A DNA stretch of 64,000 nt from Candidatus Poribacteria bacterium. GTDB taxonomy: Bacteria > Poribacteria > WGA-4E > PCPOR2b. Of the stretch, positions 20,130-28,604 are shown piece after piece (position 1 is the stretch's first letter; every line of letters begins with the position of its first letter). The position numbers and the translations under genes were made by a program. Location: NCBI GenBank assembly GCA_965218095.1, contig OZ244587.1, positions 2,880,001-2,944,000 on the forward strand. Reading direction: 5' to 3'. The notes beneath the pieces were generated by a model that was given only the letters and a program-made list of their open reading frames with translations, was not told where the DNA came from and ran no database searches.

Positions 20130-20927
20130 ATGATTCACGTTATCGTTGATGGCGCCTGCGGGCGCATGGGTAAGATAATCACGCAAAGCGTTACGCAACA
20201 GGAAGATATGCAGGTTGTCGGCGCCATTGAATTTTCTGAACACCCACAGCTTGGGCAGGACGTGGGGGAAGTGGCTGGGATTGGGACGATTGATGTGCCT
20301 GTTACCAGCAATCTGCCAGCAATCCTGGGGGATGGGGATGTCGTGATTGAGTTCACAACGCCGAGCGCAACAATTGAACACCTCCAGAACGTCGTTGATG
20401 CCGGCAAGCGGATGGTCATTGCGACGACAGGGTACGATGAGGGGGAGCTCGCACGGTTGCATGAGCTCGCCCCACAGATTCCGTGTGTGATGGCAGCCAA
20501 TATGAGTGTTGGCATCAATGTCATGTTGCAAGCGATTCAGTTCCTTGCCAAGGCTTTTGGAGACGATTACGATGTTGAAGTCATTGAAGCACACCATAAT
20601 CAGAAAGTGGATTCACCAAGTGGTACTGCCCTGCGGATGGCTGAAGTCCTCGCTGAAACATTGGATAGGAATCTTCCAGAGGTCGGTGTGTATGGCAGGC
20701 GCGGAATTGTCGGGGCCCGCCCTAAGAAGGAAATCGGTATACATGCCATTCGAGGAGGAGACCTTGCCGGGGATCACACAGTGTTATTCGTTGGTACAGG
20801 TGAACGTCTCGAAATAACGCATCGCGGCCAAAACCGTGAACCGCTTGCACGAGGCGCCATCCGCGCTGCGAGGTGGGTGATGAGTGCACCGAAGGGGTTG
20901 CACGACATCCGGGAAGTGTTGTTCTAA
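20130..20927 (+). CDS. dapB: 4-hydroxy-tetrahydrodipicolinate reductase
   Basis: GACGRMG, IEFT.P, ATTG, ANMSVG, EAHHNQKVDSPSGTA. Confidence 0.95.
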   Translation: MIHVIVDGACGRMGKIITQSVTQQEDMQVVGAIEFSEHPQLGQDVGEVAGIGTIDVPVTSNLPAILGDGDVVIEFTTPSATIEHLQNVVDAGKRMVIATTGYDEGELARLHELAPQIPCVMAANMSVGINVMLQAIQFLAKAFGDDYDVEVIEAHHNQKVDSPSGTALRMAEVLAETLDRNLPEVGVYGRRGIVGARPKKEIGIHAIRGGDLAGDHTVLFVGTGERLEITHRGQNREPLARGAIRAARWVMSAPKGLHDIREVLF

Positions 20928-21000
20928 ATGTATGTGTGAAACACTGTGGGAGCGGTTTCATGACCGGGATCGGTTCAGAAGTCGAATTTCTGGTGTTGCA

Positions 21001-21666
21001 TCAACTTTCTCGCACTCGATTCAAGACGAAATTCATCACCTGGTTGATGGTCATGTTGGTTGTGTTTACAACAATCGCATCTTCGGCTGTTTGCAGCGGA
21101 CTATGCTCACGCGAACGATCCATCTGATCGCGAATCCGGATGTCTGCTTCAACTTGCTCCAGTGTCGTCTCAACACCTTTTCCCTGGTGTTCTGCCAGAC
21201 GGCGCCTCGCCCGTTCTTCGACTGGGGCATTGATGTAAAATTTAACATCCGCATCCGGGAATACCACGGTTGTTACATCGCGTCCTTCGATGATGATACC
21301 CCCTTTCTCACCGATCCGGCGCTGCTGCTTCACCAGCTTACGCCGCACTTCAGGAATCTTTGCAATGTCAGGGATGAGGCGCTCGATCTCCGGTGTGCGA
21401 AGGGCATCTGTAATATCTTCACCGTCCAGCAAGGTAATCCTACCGTTATCCGTAAAATCAATTCGACAATTCTTTGCCAGTTCGATCAACGCGGGGACAT
21501 CCGCCGGAGATACGCCCTTGCGGATTGATAATAGCGTCATCGCACGGTACATCGAGCCTGAATTGAGATAAAGATAACCTAACTTATCGGCAAGACGTTG
21601 AGCGATTGTACTTTTTCCTGAACCAGCGGGGCCATCCATCGCAATCGTCAAACGTTTGTTCATCAT
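21001..21666 (-). CDS. cmk: Cytidylate kinase
   Basis: IAMDGPAGSGKST, SGSMYRA, EGRDVTTVVFPDA, RD..D..R..SPL. Confidence 0.95.
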   Translation of the reverse strand: MMNKRLTIAMDGPAGSGKSTIAQRLADKLGYLYLNSGSMYRAMTLLSIRKGVSPADVPALIELAKNCRIDFTDNGRITLLDGEDITDALRTPEIERLIPDIAKIPEVRRKLVKQQRRIGEKGGIIIEGRDVTTVVFPDADVKFYINAPVEERARRRLAEHQGKGVETTLEQVEADIRIRDQMDRSREHSPLQTAEDAIVVNTTNMTINQVMNFVLNRVRES

Positions 21667-22559
21667 CCCTCCAATGCATCCCTTAGCGTTTTCGAGTGCG
21701 TCAGGACATGCTCAATCTCAACATCGTCCCGATTTTTGAGCAGGGCTTTGAATTCGGTGAGATTTTCGATCACGGCATCAATCATCGGTAGAAGCGAATA
21801 CGCATTTTGCATGAAGATTCCCGTCCAGATCTCTGGTGAACCGGCAGCAATCCGTGTTGTATCACGGAAGCCGCTTGCGGCGAAATCTAATGCCCTTGCT
21901 GAGTCAACCCCGATTTCTCCGACTATATTTGTCAAGATGGAAGCGATAAGGTGAGGCAGGTGACTGGCGCCGGCGATGAGCGCGTCGTGGTCAGCCGGGG
22001 AGAAACAATAGAGTCGCGATCCAACAAACTTCCAGAGATCTATAATGACCTGCAATGCTTGCGGGTGGGTGTTGTCTGTCGGGGTTACGATGCACTTTGC
22101 ACCATCAAACAGATCCGCGCAGGCTGCTGTGACGCCCGTTTTTTCAGATCCAGCCATCGGATGCGATCCGACGAAATGCAGATGATGATATTCAAAAGCG
22201 GTCAAGAGGTGTTCGATTTGTTCAACAATTTGTCCTTTGACGCTACCGACATCGGTGATCAATAAAGGTCCGGCATCAGATATCCGGACTTCCCCGATAC
22301 GCTGAACCATTGCCGGGATGAAATCGACCGGTGTTCCAATAACTACCAGATCGGCGTGACGAACTCCTACCTCAAAGTCGGTTGTCGCATGGTCAATCGC
22401 ACGACGTTCACATGCGATTGCGAGCGTGCTCATCCGTCGGCCAAGTCCAGTAATTTCGCCCTGGAACCCTTTTGCCTTCAACGCCAATCCGAGTGATCCG
22501 CCGATTAAGCCAACGCCTAAAATTGTGATATTCTGAATCTGGTCAAAGTCATCAATCAT
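21663..22559 (-). CDS. tyrA: Prephenate/arogenate dehydrogenase
   Basis: GVGLIGGS, TDVGSVK, FVGSHPMAGSE, HD...SHLPH, GFRDTTRIA; start at ATG 22559 after GAGGA; overlaps cmk start. Confidence 0.92.
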   Translation of the reverse strand: MIDDFDQIQNITILGVGLIGGSLGLALKAKGFQGEITGLGRRMSTLAIACERRAIDHATTDFEVGVRHADLVVIGTPVDFIPAMVQRIGEVRISDAGPLLITDVGSVKGQIVEQIEHLLTAFEYHHLHFVGSHPMAGSEKTGVTAACADLFDGAKCIVTPTDNTHPQALQVIIDLWKFVGSRLYCFSPADHDALIAGASHLPHLIASILTNIVGEIGVDSARALDFAASGFRDTTRIAAGSPEIWTGIFMQNAYSLLPMIDAVIENLTEFKALLKNRDDVEIEHVLTHSKTLRDALEG

Positions 22560-22576
22560 ATCCTCTATACGCCCAC

Positions 22577-22648
22577 TCTCCACCACCGCGCAGAGCCAGG
22601 TCTCCACCACCGCGCAGAGCCAGGTCTCCACCACCGCGCAGAGCCAGG
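22577..22648. repeat. Three perfect 24-bp tandem repeats in the tyrA leader
   Basis: TCTCCACCACCGCGCAGAGCCAGG x3. Confidence 0.95.
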
Positions 22649-22706
22649 GAAGACTGCCTCAATCGCTTAATCAAAGTTCATTGAAAGGTCGCGCCCCATT
22701 TTAGAC

Positions 22707-22735
22707 ATTTTAAGTGTTCCTTGAGTTTTTGTCAA
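22707..22735 (-). promoter_or_regulatory. Sigma70-type promoter for tyrA-cmk
   Basis: TTGACA-17 nt-TAAAAT on minus strand. Confidence 0.7.
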
Positions 22736-22878
22736 GCCCTTTTTATGTTGCTAACTGGAGCGAACCGATCCCTCGACTTGAGATTTCTCCGCTGCGGTTT
22801 GTTCAGCAGTCATGATAATACCTCAATTTCAAGGCGTGTTGAGAATCCGTGGTCGCCAATTCTCAACACACCTTATGT

Positions 22879-23925
22879 TTATAGCTCCGGCGCCGGCACG
22901 CCATAGGAAGCCGCTGCTTCAACTAGGCGGTTCCACGTCTTTTCTTCGATTGGGATACCCGCTTTCATACGCTTCTTTCGGTTACGTTCCTCGAATTCCC
23001 CGGGGACATAGATTTCGTCAACGCCAGGCAGTCTTGCGGAGGACTTTACCCACTCTGTGAGGTACTCGATTTCCTGTTGGTAGACTTCGAGATCGATGAA
23101 ATCCTGAATCTTGATGGCGATCATCACGATTCCACTCCCACCACGCGTTGGTCTTTCACGACTGCAACCCGCCCACGAGAGACCACCGGCGATCGCATCG
23201 ATCATGAACCCTAAACCGGAACCTTTGTGTCCAAATTGAAAACCGCCGACCGGCATCACCGCCGTATCGTCGTGTCGATCTCGAAACGCATTCGGATCTG
23301 TGACAGGTTTTCCGTCCGAATCGATCATCCAGCCCTCTGGCATCTCCTCGTCGCGTGCGATTTTGACGAGTATTTTTCCTCCAGCAACAACACTCATCGT
23401 CATGTCAAGCATTAATGGTTCACCGTTTTTGCGCGGGACAGAGATGGCAATCGGATTGGGAGGCAGCCGCCGTGATGTGCCGCCAAACGAGTGCATAAAC
23501 CGACCGCCGCCATTCAGCAGCACGATGCCGATCATTCCCACCTTCGCGGCTCGCGGTGGATAAGTCCCCATCCGTCCGGCGTGCCCGCAGTGGTGTAGTC
23601 CAACCGCGCCGAATGTGTTCGTTTTCGCTTTTTCAACCGCCAAATCCATCGCTTTCTGCGCTGCGACCATGCCAAGGGCGCCGTTGGCATTAATCACTGC
23701 GGTTGCTGGCGTTTCACGGACAATCTCCATTTTATCCGCCGATGGGCCGCCCTTCATACCGTTGGCGTAGCTAGGGGCATGAATGACACCGTGTGAATCG
23801 TGTCCCATCAGGTTGGAATCCACAACGTGATCGCTGACGATCTGGGCATCTTCTTCAACGCCCCCGGCAGCGATGTTCATATCATAAACGAACTTCCTGA
23901 GGACTTCGTGATGAATCGTAAGCAT
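22879..23925 (-). CDS. Ldh_2 (type 2 malate/L-lactate dehydrogenase) family oxidoreductase
   Basis: GHDSHG, HAGRMG, NPIA, LDM, GHKGSGL, IYVPGE. Confidence 0.9.
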   Translation of the reverse strand: MLTIHHEVLRKFVYDMNIAAGGVEEDAQIVSDHVVDSNLMGHDSHGVIHAPSYANGMKGGPSADKMEIVRETPATAVINANGALGMVAAQKAMDLAVEKAKTNTFGAVGLHHCGHAGRMGTYPPRAAKVGMIGIVLLNGGGRFMHSFGGTSRRLPPNPIAISVPRKNGEPLMLDMTMSVVAGGKILVKIARDEEMPEGWMIDSDGKPVTDPNAFRDRHDDTAVMPVGGFQFGHKGSGLGFMIDAIAGGLSWAGCSRERPTRGGSGIVMIAIKIQDFIDLEVYQQEIEYLTEWVKSSARLPGVDEIYVPGEFEERNRKKRMKAGIPIEEKTWNRLVEAAASYGVPAPEL

Positions 23926-23936
23926 GAAAAACCTCC

Positions 23937-24923
23937 TTACTGATATTTTTTACGATTCTCTAGTAATTGCAATTGTACAGTTTGATGTTCAGCCTGTTGT
24001 TTGACAAATTGTGTGATTGATATTTTACTTTTTAGAAATATTTTCGTGTAATCGATCACTTTGGCTGACTCGGGACGGTGAAATTCTGGATATAACGCTT
24101 CCCAATCTCGGTTACGGATTGTGACAACTTCGTCTAAATAAAAACTGACCCAGACATTTCCAACCTTGGAGTTCGATGCTTGTTGTTTCACTTTATCACG
24201 GGCGAGCGTTGCGTAAACTTGATCAAGTTCAAAACCGATGTAGTGCCGTCCGAGTCGTTTTGCAGCAATTGCTGTTGTTCCTGTCCCCAAAAACGGGTCA
24301 AGCACAATATCGCCTTCGTCAGTGGACATTAAGATGATGCGTTCTAATAAATGAATCGGTAACTGACAAGGATGCGGGTCGCGATATTTGTTGTGCTTTA
24401 TCCGATGAATATCTGTCCACGCATCCGAAACAAGCGGCCCAAAAGGATGCAAACTCCCCTTTTTTCCGCCATAGTCCTTATGCAGATAGTTGCATTTACG
24501 ACAACGTTTGTGTGGATAGCGAATTTCGTAAAATTTATTTTGCTTCGCATCTTTGGCATAAAACAGGATGCCGTAATGCGCGGGCTGAAGCGTTTTCCCC
24601 ATTGGGGCTGTGGGTGCGTCCCACGAAATCCAATGCTTAAAATCAGCGAACTTGTTCAAAAAGCCCGCATAGTACGTCAGCCATTTGGGGATGTTATGCA
24701 CAAAAATTGACCCTGTTCCCTTCGTAACGCGCACCATCTCCGAAATCCATTTTTCGCACCAGTGCAGATATTCCTCTAACTCAAGGCTATCCCTCATGCT
24801 GTTATACTTCTTCTTCAGATTAAAAGGTGGATCTGCAAACGTGATATTGACGCTATTGTCGGGAATTTGACGAAGCAATTGGAGACAATCCCCTTGAATA
24901 ATCTGATTGATATATGCTTCCAT
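23937..24923 (-). CDS. Site-specific DNA methyltransferase (N4/N6, beta class)
   Basis: FADPPFN before HPCQLP...VLDPFLGTGTT. Confidence 0.92.
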   Translation of the reverse strand: MEAYINQIIQGDCLQLLRQIPDNSVNITFADPPFNLKKKYNSMRDSLELEEYLHWCEKWISEMVRVTKGTGSIFVHNIPKWLTYYAGFLNKFADFKHWISWDAPTAPMGKTLQPAHYGILFYAKDAKQNKFYEIRYPHKRCRKCNYLHKDYGGKKGSLHPFGPLVSDAWTDIHRIKHNKYRDPHPCQLPIHLLERIILMSTDEGDIVLDPFLGTGTTAIAAKRLGRHYIGFELDQVYATLARDKVKQQASNSKVGNVWVSFYLDEVVTIRNRDWEALYPEFHRPESAKVIDYTKIFLKSKISITQFVKQQAEHQTVQLQLLENRKKYQ

Positions 24924-25327
24924 TATTTTTGAATTTCCTTTCTCAAAAATTTCTCAAATCGTGAGATTTCGTCCTTGTGGAAAGTGCAAACGCCTTCGTA
25001 AGCAACTACCAGCCGTCTCAAATCGTGCCTACAAACATACTATCTAACCACGCTTTGAGGCTCTCTAATGGCTCATTGGGGCACCACATTTTTTAATACC
25101 AGCTTTGATAATTCTGCATTATCAACCGCACGAATGAGCGTGATGAGTCGCTTGAAGGATTCATTGGAAAATCCGGTTAGAGCTAAGAGCGTGGTCAAGC
25201 CGTTTTCTTTTTCAAGTAATCCCTCAATAAGCTCTTTCCTTAAACCACTAGTTTCCACACTGTTTTTGAGAACAAGTAGCGTTTCCTTTATTGAATTCAA
25301 GTAGCCTTCGTATCTTTCCTCAAACAC
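24923..25327 (-). pseudogene. Type II restriction endonuclease relic (DpnII-like), internally deleted
   Basis: N-part FEERYEGYLNSIKETLLVLKN...LLALTGFSNE; C-part *YVCRHDLRRLVVAYEGVCTFHKDEISRF...* whose TAA overlaps the methyltransferase ATG (TAATG); family assignment from recall. Confidence 0.6.
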
Positions 25328-25598
25328 TAACCTGACGGGGTCGTAAGAATCGCACGGGCTGAGTTCGGTAAATCGCCGAGATGGTTGAATATCTGCTTCT
25401 GTACCGGCTCCAGCGGTTAATCACCTCTCTGAATCGTTCAAAAGTGCCCATGTCAAGTGAGGTTTCTGTTGGTTTGACGTCACTCAGACACATTGTCATT
25501 ATAGCATTGCAAAACGGGAAACTTAAGAACATTATCCAGTTGACCAGGGTTATTGGGTTGAGGCGTGTGCATAATTCCGTGAGACTTCCCTTATTTTT

Positions 25599-26678
25599 CT
25601 ATCTAAACTTAGGTTGTCTCGGAGCGCGCTCTCTCTGCAACCGCAGCTTCGACCCCTTCAACGGAAGCTTGACCCGCGCCCCACTCTGCAAGTGCGACTC
25701 CATGAACGCAAAGATTAATTCCGTGCTTGCATGTGCCACGCGGACACCGCAGCGTGATGGCTCGCCGGTGTCGAGTGAGTGAACCAGATCTTTGATGAGA
25801 TTCGCCGTGCTGCTCGTGCGTTCAAACTCAGGAAAAGTCTCCGGTACGAAGCAATTCCCCCAACCGGGAACATCGACTTGGTGCCGGAGATGCCACTGCC
25901 AACCATTATTCCAGCATGTGACGCTACCCCTTTCACAGATTGCCTCCCACTCGCTGCTGCGCGGAGAGAGAAGGGCATGCGCCATGACGCCGTTTTCAAA
26001 CTGAATCATCCCATGGCCATTCGGATCTTCCCGGACAATATCTCCGTCGAAGATGTCGTCGTCATCAGTGAGATGCGCAGATACCCACAAAGCGCGGCGA
26101 TCGCTGTTCAGACGCAAGATTAGGTCGAATTGATGACTGGAACCGTTAAAAAGCGAGTGGTTCGAGTAAATGATTAGCGTCTTGAGCGCCCCCAACTCAC
26201 CGCTGTCGATAACCTCCTTCATCTTGTCAAAGCCAGTGTCCCAACGGCGATTCGTTCCCAAGTTGAAGAAGGCCCCGTTGCGCTCTACCGCTTCCACCAT
26301 CGCATCCGCTTCGTCCATCGAAGCCGCCATCGCCTTTTCCGCGTAGATTGCCTTGACCCCGTGCTCCACCGTGTGGATGATAACTTCGGCGCGGTGCTCC
26401 GGCTGCGTTGCCACACTCACGATGTCCAGGTTCTCTTTGTCGATGAGCTCCCGATAGTCGGTGTACTGCTGTTCTTTTGGCACATCGTACCGCTCTCCGA
26501 ACACCTCCATGACCTCTGTCCGCAGGTCTGAACAAGCGACGAGATCGGTCCGTTCCTCTGCATAAAAGCCCGCCGCGTGTGAATACGGCAGCTTAATTGC
26601 TTGATAATCCGGCACTTCATTGTCGATAAATGCGCCCATCCGGCTACAACCGATGACAGCGGCGCGGTAGGTTTTCAT
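25599..26678 (-). CDS. Gfo/Idh/MocA family oxidoreductase
   Basis: AVIGCSRMG, YTDYRELI..E.LDIVSVAT, AEKAMA. Confidence 0.9.
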   Translation of the reverse strand: MKTYRAAVIGCSRMGAFIDNEVPDYQAIKLPYSHAAGFYAEERTDLVACSDLRTEVMEVFGERYDVPKEQQYTDYRELIDKENLDIVSVATQPEHRAEVIIHTVEHGVKAIYAEKAMAASMDEADAMVEAVERNGAFFNLGTNRRWDTGFDKMKEVIDSGELGALKTLIIYSNHSLFNGSSHQFDLILRLNSDRRALWVSAHLTDDDDIFDGDIVREDPNGHGMIQFENGVMAHALLSPRSSEWEAICERGSVTCWNNGWQWHLRHQVDVPGWGNCFVPETFPEFERTSSTANLIKDLVHSLDTGEPSRCGVRVAHASTELIFAFMESHLQSGARVKLPLKGSKLRLQRERAPRQPKFR

Positions 26679-26894
26679 TAGTTGTCCTCCATTGTGTCAA
26701 GAGTGATTATGATGTCCGATAATATGAACTGCCCTCTTTAATGTTAGCGCCAAAAATACTGTGCCCAAGTGGGAGTCAATGGTCACAACAGTTTCGTTGT
26801 CTTCAGTAGAGGAAATAAGAAAGGCTAGGAGTTGCAAGGAGCACCTTAATCTTGACTGACATATTCGTTCCTTCCATTCTTCCCTTTCTTTCAC

Positions 26895-28346
26895 TTATGT
26901 GTCAAATCCGTATTCCTTCCACCGCTTGTCCACAAGATCGACAATCTCCTGGGACATCTTGATTTCATCGGGCCACTCCCGCTGATAACCTTCCTCACGC
27001 CACTTGGTCGTTGCATCGATTCCCATCTTCGACCCTGCTCCTATCAGCGGCGCGGCGTGGTCGAGGACATCAACGGGGCCCTCAACAATGGTCACATCGC
27101 GCTTTGGATCAACGTTGCTACCGACGCGGAAAAATACCTCCTCCACGTTCTGCACATCGACATCTTTATCGACAACGATGATGATTTTGCTGAACATCAG
27201 TTGTCCGAGTCCCCACAGGCTGTGCATGATCTTCTTCGCGTGGAAGGGATAGCGTTTGTCGATTGAGACTAAGGCAAAGTTGTGGAACACACCGAACAGC
27301 GGCAGGTTCATATCGACCAGTTCTGGCAGTTGCGTTTTGATCAGCGGCAGAAAGATCCGTTCCGTCGCCTTGCCCATGTAGCAGTCCTCCATCGGTGGCT
27401 TGCCGACGATGATCGTTTGGTAGATGGGGCGCTTGCGGTGTGTGATGGCAGTGATGTGAAAGACAGGATATTCGTCCGCAAGAGAGTAGTAGCCGGTGTG
27501 ATCGCCGAAGGGGCCCTCCATGCAGATTTCGTCCGGTTCGATATACCCTTCAATCACAATGTCGGCGTCTGCGGGGACAAGCATATCGATTGTTTTGCTC
27601 TGCACCATCGGCACATTGGCTTTGCGGAGAAAACCAGCAAACAGGAGTTCATCGATCCCAGTCGGAAGCGGAGCGGTGCCGATATAGGACATGACCGGAT
27701 CACCGCCGATGGCAACCGCAACGGGCATCCGCTCACCCGCTTCACGGTATTCGCGGTGATGGGCGGCGCCATCATGGTGAATCTGCCAGTGCATCGCCAG
27801 GGTGCGCTCATCGAGTTTTTGCAGTCGGTACGTGCCGACGTTGCGCTGACCGGTTTTTAAGCTGTGCGTGAAAACCTGGGGCAGGGTGATATATTTGTCC
27901 GCATCAAGGGGCCAGCACTTGATAATCGGGAGGCGGTCTAATGAGACACGATCGCCGGTTAGCACCTCCTCCTGGCAGGCCCCGCGTCTGACCGTTTTCG
28001 GCGGAAACTTCGTCAGTTTCCCCAGAATGCCAAGGAGTTTTACCTTGTCGATGAGTGATTCCGGGGGACCGACCTTGATCATGCCTTCAATCTCGTCGGC
28101 GATTTCGTCCAGGTCTTCCACACCAAGCGACATCACCATTCGCTGATAGGAGCCAAAGGCGTTGATTAGCAGGGGCATTCTGCTCCCCTCGACCTTTTCA
28201 AACAGCAGGGCGGGGCCGCCTGCCTTACTTACCTGATCGGTGATTTGCGAAATTTCGAGATCGGGAGATACTTTGGCTTTGATGCGCTTTAATTCACCGG
28301 CGTCCTCTAAAGTTTTAACAAAATCTCTGAGGCTCGAATATGCCAT
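26895..28346 (-). CDS. ubiD: UbiD-family decarboxylase (menaquinone biosynthesis type)
   Basis: NVGTYR, MHWQIHHDG, EGPFGDHTGYY, GKPPMED, GSKMGIDAT. Confidence 0.9.
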   Translation of the reverse strand: MAYSSLRDFVKTLEDAGELKRIKAKVSPDLEISQITDQVSKAGGPALLFEKVEGSRMPLLINAFGSYQRMVMSLGVEDLDEIADEIEGMIKVGPPESLIDKVKLLGILGKLTKFPPKTVRRGACQEEVLTGDRVSLDRLPIIKCWPLDADKYITLPQVFTHSLKTGQRNVGTYRLQKLDERTLAMHWQIHHDGAAHHREYREAGERMPVAVAIGGDPVMSYIGTAPLPTGIDELLFAGFLRKANVPMVQSKTIDMLVPADADIVIEGYIEPDEICMEGPFGDHTGYYSLADEYPVFHITAITHRKRPIYQTIIVGKPPMEDCYMGKATERIFLPLIKTQLPELVDMNLPLFGVFHNFALVSIDKRYPFHAKKIMHSLWGLGQLMFSKIIIVVDKDVDVQNVEEVFFRVGSNVDPKRDVTIVEGPVDVLDHAAPLIGAGSKMGIDATTKWREEGYQREWPDEIKMSQEIVDLVDKRWKEYGFDT

Positions 28347-28384
28347 TTTTTCACCTTGATAATTCGACTTTCACAGACTGTATC

Positions 28385-28507
28385 ATTGAAATTACTCAGC
28401 GAGGTTGTCAAATCATATTCATCAATTTGAAAATCATCATCTTGATCGGCGTAATCGTCGAACCATTCTTCTGTCTCAGATCTATTTACATTGTCAAGGG
28501 TGATCAT
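28385..28507 (-). pseudogene. N-terminal relic of a DUF262 (GmrS-like) protein
   Basis: RBS plus acidic leader ...FQIDEYDLTTSLSNFN resembling the EYDITSSPNDFN start recalled for one DUF262 subgroup; truncated. Confidence 0.4.
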
Positions 28508-28604
28508 AGTTATTATCTTCCTTCAAATTAGTCAGCTTTCTAATTTTACCAGATTCATGGAGAGGCTTCAATTGAATTGATCACAATTTAGCTCGACTTC
28601 AGTG

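Noticed and set aside
22577-22648. Possible CRISPR array
   Set aside because: Repeats are contiguous with no spacers and no cas genes are present
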